This document shows positions 1 to 9,602 of a stretch of 46,400 nt of DNA, one piece after another. The stretch comes from Candidatus Saccharimonadales bacterium. Lineage in GTDB: Bacteria; Patescibacteriota; Saccharimonadia; Saccharimonadales; 2-12-FULL-41-12. A program made the translations under genes and the position numbers. The notes under the pieces were generated by a model that was not told the origin of the DNA, searched no databases, and saw nothing but the letters and a program-made list of their open reading frames with translations. Every line of letters starts with the position of its first letter. Positions within the stretch are counted from its first letter, which is position 1. The stretch covers positions 1 to 46,400 of the forward strand of contig DASUOI010000030.1 in NCBI GenBank assembly GCA_036276695.1, in the 5' to 3' direction.

Positions 1-1
1 C

Positions 2-727
2 GCCATGGATAACGACGTCGCCGTGGTAGCAGCAGCCGGTAACGACGGATGCAACTGCATGGTGTATCCGGCAAACTACCCGGAAGTCGTGGCAGTAGGT
101 GCCTTAAACCCCTCCGGGAATCGCGCTAGTTTCAGCAGTTACGGAAGCAATCTGGATATCATAGCCCCCGGCCAGGAAATGATAACCCCAGTTTGGATCA
201 AGACCAATCAAACCTCCGCCTATGCGGGCGATGTAGCTGGAACTTCATTCTCCACTCCTTTTGTCGCCGGAGTCTTAGGCCTTATGCGCGCCCACCAGCC
301 GGATGCCAGCTGGGACGAAATAATCGGCATCATGGCCGAGAATTCCGACCGCAAAAGCTTAACTTCTGCCCAGCCCCACAGCAGTACCATAGGCTTCGGC
401 AGTGTAATGGCCTCGACGGCTTTAGAGCGTGCTTCCCAGCCCTTCTCTCCCTTCACCAGTTACCGCTTTGACGGGACGATACTTGGCAGCGAAAAGATAA
501 AAAAATGCGACCCAGGGGTAATCCCAGGAAGCTTTCTCTACGAACTCAGCAAAAACGGCCGGATAAACTACACGATAAACCAATATGAAAAGCGCCAGAA
601 AATCTCAAGCGGTTGGTCTTCTAAGAAACTATTCGGTTTGTGCGTAGGCTTGCCTACGGATACTCCCGACTTCATAAGATTGTTAAACCTGACTGCGGAG
701 ATACGCAACAAAATCTTAAAACAGTAG
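2..727 (+). CDS. Subtilisin-family serine peptidase (S8), C-terminal part; N-terminus lies upstream of the window
   Basis: The reading frame is open to the window edge. It carries 'VAAAGNDG' (oxyanion-Asn region) and the catalytic Ser motif 'GTSFSTPFVAG'. The Asp/His catalytic regions are absent, so the gene is truncated at its 5' end by the window. TAG stop at 725-727. Confidence 0.8.
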   Translation, partial: AMDNDVAVVAAAGNDGCNCMVYPANYPEVVAVGALNPSGNRASFSSYGSNLDIIAPGQEMITPVWIKTNQTSAYAGDVAGTSFSTPFVAGVLGLMRAHQPDASWDEIIGIMAENSDRKSLTSAQPHSSTIGFGSVMASTALERASQPFSPFTSYRFDGTILGSEKIKKCDPGVIPGSFLYELSKNGRINYTINQYEKRQKISSGWSSKKLFGLCVGLPTDTPDFIRLLNLTAEIRNKILKQ

Positions 728-1633
728 CTTCTCCAAACATTCGTCAATGGTCACTACGCCTACAGTCTCGCCGGAATCACGGACCAAGAATACCGGGCAG
801 CTGCTTGCTAAGAATGAATCTATAAGCTCTATAACTTCGTCAGTAACCTCCACATAATCCAGCTCTTTGTTTACTGCCCCGCGGATTTTACCGGAACTTT
901 TCAGCGAAGTCAGGTCTCTTAACTTCACGTAGCCTATCATCTCGTCTTCTTTCTTGTCTTCGACCAGGAAATACTTGCTGCCGCTTTTGTGCAGCTCGTC
1001 TATTACCACTGGTCCTATTTCTTGTTCAGAGTCAATTTTTTTAACCTTTTTCAAACTGGTCATCATATCCCCCGCCTGCAAGTCGCTCTTTTCCGCGATA
1101 TTGGATAGAAGCTTCAGCAAATCTTCGTTTATCTTATTGTTCGGTGCACTTGTTTGCCCTCGCAGAAAATCTACAAGGTCAGGCTTTTCGTAAATCCGCC
1201 TGTCTACCTGGGCACTCGGGCCGGTCTTGTTAGTCGTAGGAATAAATCTAAGATACTGTTTTGAGATACTGGCAGTTTTCGCCGCGACCGGAGCGGACAT
1301 CTTAGCTAGGTTCACGCTTAGATTTCTTGGCTGGTAATTTGCCAAATATATGAAAACAAGGCTTATGAATGCCGAAAAAATAAACACGGACGCCCAGCTG
1401 TCAGTATAGTTCTCTATTAATATAAGATTCACGGAAGACGCTAAGACAATCAGCACCCATAGCTCGGCATTGAGCAGGCTCTTGTTATTACTTATCTGGG
1501 TGAAAATTCTTTGGTATCTGGATTCCAGTTCTTCGCCGAACAGATTCTTCCCGGTAGCAAAGCTATATACCCGACGCAATACGGAAAACACTACAGATAG
1601 CGTGCTAAGGATTAGAATCGCCACCAGGTCCAT
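716..1633 (-). CDS. Integral membrane protein with a C-terminal CBS-pair domain (CNNM/CorC/TlyC-like, putative divalent-cation transport mediator)
   Basis: The N-terminal third is hydrophobic with about 3 TM helices. The C-terminal region 'AGDMMTSLKKVKKIDSEQEIGPVVIDELHKSGSKYFLVED...IGYVKLRDL...VFLVRDSGETVGVVTIDECLEKL' has the typical tandem CBS pattern. Confidence 0.55.
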   Translation of the reverse strand: MDLVAILILSTLSVVFSVLRRVYSFATGKNLFGEELESRYQRIFTQISNNKSLLNAELWVLIVLASSVNLILIENYTDSWASVFIFSAFISLVFIYLANYQPRNLSVNLAKMSAPVAAKTASISKQYLRFIPTTNKTGPSAQVDRRIYEKPDLVDFLRGQTSAPNNKINEDLLKLLSNIAEKSDLQAGDMMTSLKKVKKIDSEQEIGPVVIDELHKSGSKYFLVEDKKEDEMIGYVKLRDLTSLKSSGKIRGAVNKELDYVEVTDEVIELIDSFLASSCPVFLVRDSGETVGVVTIDECLEKLLF

Positions 1634-1702
1634 GAATGTATTTTACTACTTTATACTTAACATGCGCTAATGGTATATTAGAAAAGAAATATAGGAGGCA
1701 TT

Positions 1703-2344
1703 TTGAGTAAAGAATTCATAGCTGTAGTCATAGTAGTGGTGGTCGGTCTTTTCGGACTTTTTACGGTAACTAAGAAAGATACCGGAAGCAACCCCGCCAG
1801 TGATGTACAACCAACTTCCCATACCGTGGGCAAAGGTACGAAAAACGTTACGCTGATAGAATACGGCGACCTCCAATGTCCGGCTTGCCAGCAATTCTAT
1901 CCTCTTCTTAAGCAGATAAAAGAAGAATACGGCGACAAGATAACCTTTCAGTTCAGACACTTCCCGCTTAACCAAAGTCATCCTCATGCCTATCAGGCCG
2001 CGAGAGCCGCCGAAGCCGCCGGCAAGCAAGGCAAATTCTTTGAAATGCATGATCTGCTTTATGAGAACCAGCAAAGCTGGACAGGTCTTAGCGACGTAAC
2101 CAGCACCTTCGAAGGCTTCGCTGAGCAAATAGGGCTTGATATAGAGCAATACAAAAACGATGTAATCAGCGCTGATGTAGGCGCCGCTATAGATGCCGAT
2201 ATCAAGGCAGGCCAAGCTATAGGAGCTAATGCCACTCCGACCTTCGTGATAAACGGCCAGAAAATTGAACCGAACCCCCAAAACCTCCAAGAATTCAAAG
2301 ACCTTATAGATTCTAAAATCGAAGAGTCCAACAAAGGCCAGTAG
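1703..2344 (+). CDS. DsbA-family thiol:disulfide oxidoreductase, membrane-anchored
   Basis: TTG start preceded by AGGAGG (1693-1698). N-terminal TM helix and CxxC active site 'GDLQCPACQQFYP'. C-terminal 'ANATPTFVINGQ' matches the thioredoxin-fold cis-Pro region of the DsbA/BdbD family. Confidence 0.85.
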   Translation: MSKEFIAVVIVVVVGLFGLFTVTKKDTGSNPASDVQPTSHTVGKGTKNVTLIEYGDLQCPACQQFYPLLKQIKEEYGDKITFQFRHFPLNQSHPHAYQAARAAEAAGKQGKFFEMHDLLYENQQSWTGLSDVTSTFEGFAEQIGLDIEQYKNDVISADVGAAIDADIKAGQAIGANATPTFVINGQKIEPNPQNLQEFKDLIDSKIEESNKGQ

Positions 2345-2360
2345 CTACAACTCAGCTCTT

Positions 2361-2837
2361 TTAAGAGTCGTGCTGGTTGGTGATTTTCTTTATTATACTA
2401 TTTAGCTTTTCGACCGAATGCCTGTCGCCGGCCCTTCTAAGTTCGTTTTCAATCTCTATGCTTTTGTGAAGTTTCTTCAAAACCGGTCCGGCCACTTGCT
2501 TCTGGTGGATGGTCTGGAACTCTTTGTCCAGCTGGGCAAGCTCGTCGTCCGCTAAATCCTCCAAGTCAACGAAGGCATCGCGTGCTCTTGTAGCCCGGAT
2601 TAGCTCATCCAGCTTTAACTGCATGGCTTTAGCATCCCTGTTTTGAGTGTTCTGAATCAGAAAGACCATAAGAAAAGTAACTATGGTGGTGCCGGTGTTG
2701 ATTATCAACTGCCATGTATCGGTAAAACCGAATATCGGCCCGCTGGAAGCCCACACGCCGACAATAATCAGCGCGCCTAAAAAGGCATAGGAGCTGCCGA
2801 AAATCTTTGAAATCTTATTTGCAAAATTACGAAACAT
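2361..2837 (-). CDS. Low-affinity iron permease family membrane protein (Fet4-like, PF04120-type)
   Basis: 'GFTDTWQLIINTGTTIVTFLMVFLIQNTQNRDAKAMQLKLDELI' is the signature core of this family. I chose the internal ATG at 2837 as start; the ORF extends to 2885. Confidence 0.6.
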   Translation of the reverse strand: MFRNFANKISKIFGSSYAFLGALIIVGVWASSGPIFGFTDTWQLIINTGTTIVTFLMVFLIQNTQNRDAKAMQLKLDELIRATRARDAFVDLEDLADDELAQLDKEFQTIHQKQVAGPVLKKLHKSIEIENELRRAGDRHSVEKLNSIIKKITNQHDS

Positions 2838-2890
2838 AATTATATCTGTTAGACTTATATTAATACTTAAGCGTTTATGAAACAAACATT

Positions 2891-4576
2891 ATGGAAAACC
2901 ACGTATTCTCAGAATTAAGTTTAGTAATAATTGTTACGGCTGCCGTATCTCTGTTCATGAGAGTTATCCGCCAGCCTTTGATACTGGGCTACATCCTTGC
3001 TGGGCTTTTAGTCGGACCATCATTCTTAGGCCTCATACATTCTGAAGAGCTATTCCAGGTATTCTCAAGCCTAGGCATAGCCTTATTGCTGTTCATCATC
3101 GGCCTGGGCATGAACATAGAGGAGCTTAGAAAGCTCGGAAAACCGGTGTTCGCGGTGGCAGCTTCCACGCTTCTGGCGGTTACCATGGTCGGCTTTTCTG
3201 CCACCTCTTTGCTCGGATTTACCAAAACAGAAGCGCTTATTGCCGGATTGGCTTTATTCTTCAGCTCTACCATTATTATCGTCAAGATACTTACCGACAA
3301 GAAAGAGCAGAACCGTCTGCACGGGCAAATAGCCATCGGCGTAATCCTAGTAGAAGATATAATAGCTACCTTTGCTTTATTATTCGTTGCCGCTGGGGCT
3401 GAAGGAAGCTTCCAGGCCAGCGAGATAATGTTCTTACTAGCTAAAGGCCTGGTCCTATTAGGCTTCTTATACTTTTGCAGCCGGCACGTATTACCGAAGG
3501 TTTCCCGCCTCATGGCCGAATCGCAGGAAATGCTGTTCTTGTTCGCCATCAGCTGGGGTTTCGGTATCGCTACGCTTTTTGAGATATCCGGCTTCTCTCT
3601 TGAAGTCGGCGCCTTGTTCGGCGGTGTTGCTTTAGCTACTTCACCTTATGTCGCGGAGATAGCCTCGCGCTTAAGGCCTCTTAGGGATTTCTTCGTGGTG
3701 ATATTTTTTATTTTCCTCGGCCAAAGCCTTACCGTCGAAAATATAGGCTCCGCTTTATTACCAGCGCTTGTACTCTCAGCCATTGTCATCGTAATGAAGC
3801 CGTTCATAGTCACGACCGTTTTAGGCATACTGGGCTACACCAAACGGGTCAGCTTCAAGGCTGGAATCAACTTATCCCAAATCAGTGAATTCTCAGTCGT
3901 CTTAGTTATCTTGGCTATTTCAAACGAGCTGGTCAGGAACGAGATAGGAGCAATAATAACCTTGGTCGCCATAATAACCATCGCCGTTTCCACATACCTT
4001 ATGCACTATGACGACCGCTTGTATGAAATGTTTGACAGGATTAAGTTCCACATGTTTGAAAAAGAGGTGGTTTACCGGGAAAACCGCAAAGCCAGCGGCT
4101 ACCCGATAGTCCTGCTTGGCTACCACCACGGAGGACATGAGTTCGTTAAAACCTTCCGGCAGATGCACAAGAGGTTTCTGGTAGTGGATTACGATCCGGA
4201 TGTAATAGAGCTCATGGAACAACAAAAAGTTGATTATCTATACGGCGACGTTACCGACCGGGAGCTTCTGGACGAAGCGAATGTAGAAAAGGCAAAGTTA
4301 GTCGTTTCCACGATTTCCGAACACAGTACCAACGTATTTTTGGTCAACCTTGTTGAAACCATCAACCCCGGAGCAGTAATAATATGTCATGCCGACAACC
4401 TGGAAGAAGCAACAGAGCTGTATGACCTAGGCGCCAGCTACGTGATGATTCCCCATTACATAGGCAGCGAGAAGATAGGTTCATTCATAAAGCGCAACGG
4501 GCTTAATAAAACAGAGTTCAAAAGAATCCGCGAAAAGCATCTGTCGCACCTTGAGTCGCACTCTCCGGAAGGTTAA
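2891..4576 (+). CDS. Cation:proton antiporter (CPA2/Kef-type) with a C-terminal RCK/TrkA-N domain
   Basis: About 12 TM helices with Na+/H+-exchanger-like motifs ('PLILGYILAGLLVGPSFLG'). A cytoplasmic Rossmann-like domain follows ('IVLLGYHHGGHEFVKTF...FLVVDYDPD'). Confidence 0.85.
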   Translation: MENHVFSELSLVIIVTAAVSLFMRVIRQPLILGYILAGLLVGPSFLGLIHSEELFQVFSSLGIALLLFIIGLGMNIEELRKLGKPVFAVAASTLLAVTMVGFSATSLLGFTKTEALIAGLALFFSSTIIIVKILTDKKEQNRLHGQIAIGVILVEDIIATFALLFVAAGAEGSFQASEIMFLLAKGLVLLGFLYFCSRHVLPKVSRLMAESQEMLFLFAISWGFGIATLFEISGFSLEVGALFGGVALATSPYVAEIASRLRPLRDFFVVIFFIFLGQSLTVENIGSALLPALVLSAIVIVMKPFIVTTVLGILGYTKRVSFKAGINLSQISEFSVVLVILAISNELVRNEIGAIITLVAIITIAVSTYLMHYDDRLYEMFDRIKFHMFEKEVVYRENRKASGYPIVLLGYHHGGHEFVKTFRQMHKRFLVVDYDPDVIELMEQQKVDYLYGDVTDRELLDEANVEKAKLVVSTISEHSTNVFLVNLVETINPGAVIICHADNLEEATELYDLGASYVMIPHYIGSEKIGSFIKRNGLNKTEFKRIREKHLSHLESHSPEG

Positions 4577-4578
4577 AT

Positions 4579-5094
4579 TTACTGGTAAAGATGGTTCTGC
4601 TTGCAGTAGTCTAAAGCTTTTTTTTCTAGATTCACTTTAGCCGTGCCGGTTTTTATCTGTTCCCTTACCTTGCCGGATGAGACCCGGCTATGTTCACCTG
4701 AGCCATTCTTTCTTTTCGTAACTATAATTTCCACGCCTTTTAAAAGCTCTTCAGCGTTCGGCCATGTCTTTATATGTTCTGCTACATCATCGCCGATTAG
4801 CAGATATAGCTCCGCGCCAAGGAAGACAGATCTAATATTCGGCAAAGTCGAGCTGAGGGGAAAGCTGGCGGACGAGGCTTGATAAAGTTCGATCTTCGGC
4901 TTGTCCTTGATTGAAAGCTCGACTATTTTTTTGCGGTGAGAAAATTCAGCAAAAGACTGTTTGAACTTTGATTCTTGTTCTATCAACACAAGGACTCTGT
5001 CCAGTCCGTGTTTTTTTATAGAAGAGTCAATAAAATTTATATGTCCGCTATGCATCGGGTCAAAAGCCCCGGCGATTACTCCTATTTTTTTCAT
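4579..5094 (-). CDS. nadD: Nicotinate/nicotinamide-nucleotide adenylyltransferase
   Basis: N-terminal 'IGVIAGAFDPMHSGHINF' is the (H/T)xGH nucleotidyltransferase motif in the NadD context. Size is 171 aa. Confidence 0.7.
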   Translation of the reverse strand: MKKIGVIAGAFDPMHSGHINFIDSSIKKHGLDRVLVLIEQESKFKQSFAEFSHRKKIVELSIKDKPKIELYQASSASFPLSSTLPNIRSVFLGAELYLLIGDDVAEHIKTWPNAEELLKGVEIIVTKRKNGSGEHSRVSSGKVREQIKTGTAKVNLEKKALDYCKQNHLYQ

Positions 5095-5146
5095 ACTGGT
5101 ATTATGGCGCGAATTTATTTATTAATGAAGTTTACTCTCGCGCAAA

Positions 5147-5186
5147 CACTAACACTTTTGGTCCGATCGGACAGAAAGTGTTAGTG
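5147..5186 (-). terminator. Long hairpin downstream of uppP (putative intrinsic terminator)
   Basis: 12-bp arms, cactaacacttt (5147-5158) and aaagtgttagtg (5175-5186), enclose an inner perfect palindrome gtccgatcggac. On the minus strand the hairpin is followed by TTTG. Confidence 0.5.
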
Positions 5187-5196
5187 ATTTATTTCG

Positions 5197-6018
5197 TTAT
5201 GTCTGGGAGGAAAGGGTCAGGAGAATGATTATTCCAAGGATAATCCTATAGTAGGCAAAGATCTTGAAGTCATGGGTCGATATATAGCGAAGCAGCCATT
5301 TGATGATTAAAAGCGCGGTTATAAATGCCGCTAGCGTCCCGGCAATTATTGCCGTTGCCCCACCGGCTACCGTGTCGAACCCTTCGACACCTTTAGCCAG
5401 CTGGTACGCTCCGGCAAGAGTCAGCAGCGGGATGCTGAGGTAAAAAGAAAAGGCCGCCGCTGTTACCCTGTCAAAGCCGGAAAGCAACCCGCCCATTATC
5501 GACGCGCCGGAACGCGACACTCCGGGTATGATTGCCAAAGCCTGGAACAAACCTACCTGAACGGCTTTTTTTATAGTTATTTTTTCGAACTTCGCATGGC
5601 CGGAAAAATTCTTAGCAGCACTATGATAAGTCTCTATCAGCCATATGATTATTCCGCCGATTATCAGCGCTATGCCGACGGTTGTAGCCACCGCGAAAAC
5701 AGAAACTTTATCGCGCAGGAAAAAGCCAAACAGCCCGCCCGGAATCGTCGCAATAATCCAGACCGCCCAGAAGCGCAGAACTTTCTTATCCCGCTTAAAC
5801 AGCCCTATTACTTTGGATATCAAGTCTTTTCGGTAGTTCCATATGACAGCGCCTATAGCGCCAAGCTGTATGACCACGGTAAAGACTTTCGCCGTATCCT
5901 TATAGTTCATTACTTCCGAAGCAACTATTAAGTGGCCGGTGCTTGATATTGGCAGGAACTCAGTCAGACCTTCTAAAACACCTAGTACGATAGCTTGCAG
6001 GATTTCCATCGGTTTCAA
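5197..6018 (-). CDS. uppP: Undecaprenyl-diphosphate phosphatase
   Basis: 'LGVLEGLTEFLPISSTGHL' and 'IIPGVSRSGASI' are the hallmark BacA/UppP motifs. The start is either TTG at 6018 or ATG at 6009. Confidence 0.92.
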   Translation of the reverse strand: MKPMEILQAIVLGVLEGLTEFLPISSTGHLIVASEVMNYKDTAKVFTVVIQLGAIGAVIWNYRKDLISKVIGLFKRDKKVLRFWAVWIIATIPGGLFGFFLRDKVSVFAVATTVGIALIIGGIIIWLIETYHSAAKNFSGHAKFEKITIKKAVQVGLFQALAIIPGVSRSGASIMGGLLSGFDRVTAAAFSFYLSIPLLTLAGAYQLAKGVEGFDTVAGGATAIIAGTLAAFITALLIIKWLLRYISTHDFKIFAYYRIILGIIILLTLSSQT

Positions 6019-6025
6019 TTATATC

Positions 6026-6445
6026 TTATGGGTGCTTTTGTTTGATTTCTGCCAATCGGGCTTGGAAGTTGCTAGCCTCAGCATTAAATCCTAATATTTT
6101 TAGCGCCTCAATAAGCGTCTCAAGCTCGTCTAGGTTGCTCTCATCTTCTGCGAATTTAGCTTCTATCAAGTCTTCCAGCCATTTTTCTTTATCACCACTG
6201 GCAGTAGCGCTTGGCTTGCCAGGCTTAGGCAGGTCAACGACTTCCAGCGAACGGGCAGAGTTATCTTTCTTCCTTAAGTGTCCTTTTTTTATCAGATTAT
6301 TTACGTGCAAAGCGACCGTCGCTACGGATGAATAGCTACACCCGGACATTATTTCCCGGTAGCTTGGCCCGTAACCATGTTCGGTCACAAACTTTTCTAT
6401 GTATTCAAGCAACTCATATTGTTTTTTGCTCGGCCTCTCAGGCAT
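6026..6445 (-). CDS. LexA-type winged-helix DNA-binding protein lacking the S24 autopeptidase domain
   Basis: The N-terminus 'ELLEYIEKFVTEHGYGPSYREIMSGCSYSSVATVALHVNNLIKKGHLRK...RSLEV' matches the LexA DNA-binding domain. The remaining ~60 aa are acidic and helical, with no Ser/Lys peptidase motifs. The gene overlaps the gtrA stop by 8 nt. Confidence 0.65.
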   Translation of the reverse strand: MPERPSKKQYELLEYIEKFVTEHGYGPSYREIMSGCSYSSVATVALHVNNLIKKGHLRKKDNSARSLEVVDLPKPGKPSATASGDKEKWLEDLIEAKFAEDESNLDELETLIEALKILGFNAEASNFQARLAEIKQKHP

Positions 6446-6914
6446 GATGGCGAATCCTTTTAACAGGTCTCTTATTCACAACCTTTTTGCGTTCCACCCC
6501 CTTGAAAACCCACGCCTTGTACCATATATAGTTCCACACTGTGAAGAAGCCTGAGGCTATAAATTGGCCTATCTCCGGTCCGATACCGACATTCACTAGG
6601 CTTCTTAGAATCAAGTAATTCAAAAGAAAGGCGTTAAGCGCCGTGTAAACGACGTATCTTTGCGTAGCTACCGTCAGCGTTGTCGGACGCTTTGTTTTAA
6701 ACACCCAGTAGCGTTCCAGCAGGAAGTTCAGGGTTATTCCCACTCCGTTGCCTAGGAAGTTCGCCGCGAACAAGCCTATGTGTTCATGGGTGAAGACGAT
6801 TATCAAATATCCGCTCCAGAACCAGACGCCTCCGGCAACCATATATTCGACAATGCGCTTGAGCTCTTTTTGGGCTTTTCTGCCTAGCCAGGTTTTCTTT
6901 TTATTTTTCTTCAT
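6438..6914 (-). CDS. GtrA-family membrane protein (putative polyprenyl-phosphate-sugar translocation component)
   Basis: 158 aa with 4 TM helices. 'YMVAGGVWFWSGYLI', 'FLLERYWVFK' and 'WNYIWYKAWVFK' fit the GtrA-like repeat pattern. Confidence 0.75.
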   Translation of the reverse strand: MKKNKKKTWLGRKAQKELKRIVEYMVAGGVWFWSGYLIIVFTHEHIGLFAANFLGNGVGITLNFLLERYWVFKTKRPTTLTVATQRYVVYTALNAFLLNYLILRSLVNVGIGPEIGQFIASGFFTVWNYIWYKAWVFKGVERKKVVNKRPVKRIRHHA

Positions 6915-6988
6915 GTTTGTTTTTTTGAATGTTTCGACAATTATAACATCACTAGAGTGTTTTAGTTGTTATAATTTAGCCTAGCGGC

Positions 6989-8425
6989 ATGAAAAACAAT
7001 CCACTTCTAATCTACCGTCTTATCCTGATAATCGGCGACTTCATGGCCTTAGTTGCCGCCTTCACCGTTGCTTACACGTTAAGGGTCAAGTACGATGCCA
7101 GACCCCTAATAGAAGAAGTCCCCGCCGAGACATATCAGTACGCCATACTGCTTGTCCTGCCTTTATGGATAATAGTCCACGGCGCTATCGGGCTGTATTC
7201 AAAAAGCGTTATAGAACACCGCTTCTCAGAGCTGGGCAAGCTTGTCCTGGGCTCGTTTTTAGGCATACTCGTAGTCTTAGGCTACGACTTCGTGGAAGAG
7301 GCAGACACATTGTTTCCTGCCCGGCTCGTGGTTGTCTACGGATTATTCTTGGGACTTGGCTTTTTGATAGTCTTCCGTACGCTGGCGCGTCTGATTCGCC
7401 AAGTACTTTTTAAATACGATATCGGGGTTACGAACTTGCTGATAGTCGGCGGCAAGCGCTCGGTAAAAAATACTCTGCCCCAATTCATCGACACTAAAAA
7501 CACCGGCTATAGGGTAATCGGCATAGTCGGCCCGGCGCAGGAGGATTATGATGAAATCCCGGCCTTCCCAAGCATTGCCTCTGCCAGCAAGGAGCTGAAC
7601 GGGCGCAAGGTCCAAAGCATAGTCCAGACCGAGCTTTACAGCGATGAAGACAAAAACAGCGCGCTCTTAGCCTTTGCCCAGCAGAACCACCTGGAATACC
7701 GCTTCATACCGGCTAACAGCGACCTTTACAGCGGTAATATAGAAGTAGAGCTATTCCGGGAGATACCGGTAATCACCGTGCACCAGACCGCTTTAATCGG
7801 CTGGGGACGGGTAATAAAAAGGCTTTTTGACCTCATCTTTGGCAGTTTGTTCTTGGTAATCACCAGCCCCTTGCTTTTGCTAAGCGCTATTCTGCTGAAA
7901 ATCGCCTACCCAAGCGAGTCCATATTTTTCAAACAAACCCGTCTGACCCAATTCAATCGTAAGTTTACAGTGTATAAATTCCGTACCCAGCACCAGAAAT
8001 TCGACGGCACTACGCCTGAAGAGGCGTTTGAGATGATCGGCCGTAAAGACCTGGTAAAAAAATACCGGGACAACGGCGACTACGTGGAAAAAGACCCGCG
8101 CGTAACCAAAATCGGCAATATCCTGCGCATATCCAGTATTGACGAACTGCCCCAGCTTATCAACGTGATAAAGGGCGATATAAGCCTGGTGGGCCCGCGC
8201 GCACTTGTGCCGCACGAGCTGGAAAAATATCCTAGCAAACACCATATCCTGAGCGTTAAATCCGGCATGACAGGCCTAGCCCAAGTTTCCGGCAGGCTGA
8301 ACATAAGCTTTGAAGAGCGCCGGAGGCTGGATCTTTACTATGTACAGAATTGGAGCTTTTTCTTAGACGCCACCATACTTATCAAAACAATAAGAGCCGT
8401 CTTATCCGGCAGCGGAGCAAAGTGA
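6989..8425 (+). CDS. Initiating polyprenyl-phosphate hexose-1-phosphate transferase (WbaP/CpsE-type bacterial sugar transferase)
   Basis: N-terminal TM bundle and central Rossmann-like region. The C-terminal catalytic domain carries '[21 protein letters not shown]', 'YKFRTQ', '[21 protein letters not shown]' and 'GMTGLAQV'. Confidence 0.88.
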   Translation: MKNNPLLIYRLILIIGDFMALVAAFTVAYTLRVKYDARPLIEEVPAETYQYAILLVLPLWIIVHGAIGLYSKSVIEHRFSELGKLVLGSFLGILVVLGYDFVEEADTLFPARLVVVYGLFLGLGFLIVFRTLARLIRQVLFKYDIGVTNLLIVGGKRSVKNTLPQFIDTKNTGYRVIGIVGPAQEDYDEIPAFPSIASASKELNGRKVQSIVQTELYSDEDKNSALLAFAQQNHLEYRFIPANSDLYSGNIEVELFREIPVITVHQTALIGWGRVIKRLFDLIFGSLFLVITSPLLLLSAILLKIAYPSESIFFKQTRLTQFNRKFTVYKFRTQHQKFDGTTPEEAFEMIGRKDLVKKYRDNGDYVEKDPRVTKIGNILRISSIDELPQLINVIKGDISLVGPRALVPHELEKYPSKHHILSVKSGMTGLAQVSGRLNISFEERRRLDLYYVQNWSFFLDATILIKTIRAVLSGSGAK

Positions 8426-9513
8426 AGAAAGTAGCAATAGTAACTGACTGGATAATAGGCGGCGGGGCGGAAAACGTAGTTTACGAACTGCACAAGATTT
8501 ATCCTAAAGCCCCTATCTACACCTCCTACTGCAACCAAAAATGGCGCGATAAGCTCCACCCGGCAAAGGTCAAGACTGGTTACCTGCAGTATTGGCCATT
8601 TTCCAAACTGCGCAAGTACATACCTTTCTTGCGGGCTATGTGGTTTTGGCGGCTCAAGCTTAAAGGCTACGACGTAGTCATATCGGTTTCTGGCGCTGAA
8701 GCAAAAGCGGTAAACGTGGCCGACGGGACGCACATCTGCCTGCTGAACGCCCCTACTCACTACTATTGGAGCAAATATAGCGAATATATAAAGAACCCCG
8801 GCTTCGGCAGGTTCAACTTCTTAGCCCGCATAGGCTTAAAGCTTTTTCTCAAGCCTATGCGTAAATGGGATTACCACGCAGCCCAGCTACCGGACCTGCT
8901 TATAGCCAACTCCAACTACACTAAAGGACAAATACAAAAATACTACCAACGAGAATCCGTCGTAATCCACCCTCCGGTTAATACTAAAAAATTCGCCAAG
9001 TTCGCAAAAACAGCAGCCCAAAGATCCGGTTTTGTAGCCGTAGGCCGGCAAACCCCTTATAAAAAGATAGATCTGGCAATAAAAGCCTGCAACAAAAACA
9101 AAAAACCACTGACGGTCATAGGCGAAGGGCCACAAAACCAGTACTTGCAATCAATCGCGCAAGAAAACGTCAAGATTGTCGGCAGCTTAGAATCAATCGA
9201 AGAGCTGGCAGAGATAGTCGGCAGTTCCGAAGCCTTGCTGTTCCCCGGAGTAGACGATTTCGGCATAGTTTCCATTGAAGCTCTGTCTGCCGGAACACCG
9301 GTTATTGCATATAGGGACGGCGGGGCGCTGGATTATATAGAACCAGGCGTGAACGGTGAGTTCTTCGAGCCCCAGACTTCCGCCGATCTAGCCAAAAAAA
9401 TGTCTAGATTTAATATTAAAAAATATACTCAAGATGATATAAAAAACTCCTCTGCTGACTTTTCCATCCAGACTTTCCGCCGAAAAATCACCAGATTGGT
9501 CGATAGCCTGTAG
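8422..9513 (+). CDS. Glycosyltransferase family 4 (GT-B)
   Basis: The GTG start overlaps the upstream TGA (GTGA), and GGAG lies at 8414-8417. 'VAIVTDWIIGGGAENV' is the N-terminal motif. C-terminal 'FPGVDDFGIVSIEALSAGTPVIAYRDGGALDYIEPGVNGEFF' is an EX7E-type motif. Confidence 0.85.
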   Translation: MKKVAIVTDWIIGGGAENVVYELHKIYPKAPIYTSYCNQKWRDKLHPAKVKTGYLQYWPFSKLRKYIPFLRAMWFWRLKLKGYDVVISVSGAEAKAVNVADGTHICLLNAPTHYYWSKYSEYIKNPGFGRFNFLARIGLKLFLKPMRKWDYHAAQLPDLLIANSNYTKGQIQKYYQRESVVIHPPVNTKKFAKFAKTAAQRSGFVAVGRQTPYKKIDLAIKACNKNKKPLTVIGEGPQNQYLQSIAQENVKIVGSLESIEELAEIVGSSEALLFPGVDDFGIVSIEALSAGTPVIAYRDGGALDYIEPGVNGEFFEPQTSADLAKKMSRFNIKKYTQDDIKNSSADFSIQTFRRKITRLVDSL

Positions 9514-9602
9514 AATATACTCTTGCATTTTGTATTAATGCCCCGCAACTATAAAATATTATTTATGCTTATTACGGCCAGTCTATCTAGAAAGGAAAGT
9601 AC

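Noticed and set aside
9514-9602. A possible glmS ribozyme in the glmS 5' leader.
   Set aside because: The intergenic space is only 89 nt, against about 170 nt for the ribozyme, and I could not find the conserved core segments. It more probably holds a simple promoter, for example TTGTAT-16 nt-TAAAAT, plus an AGGAAAG ribosome-binding site.
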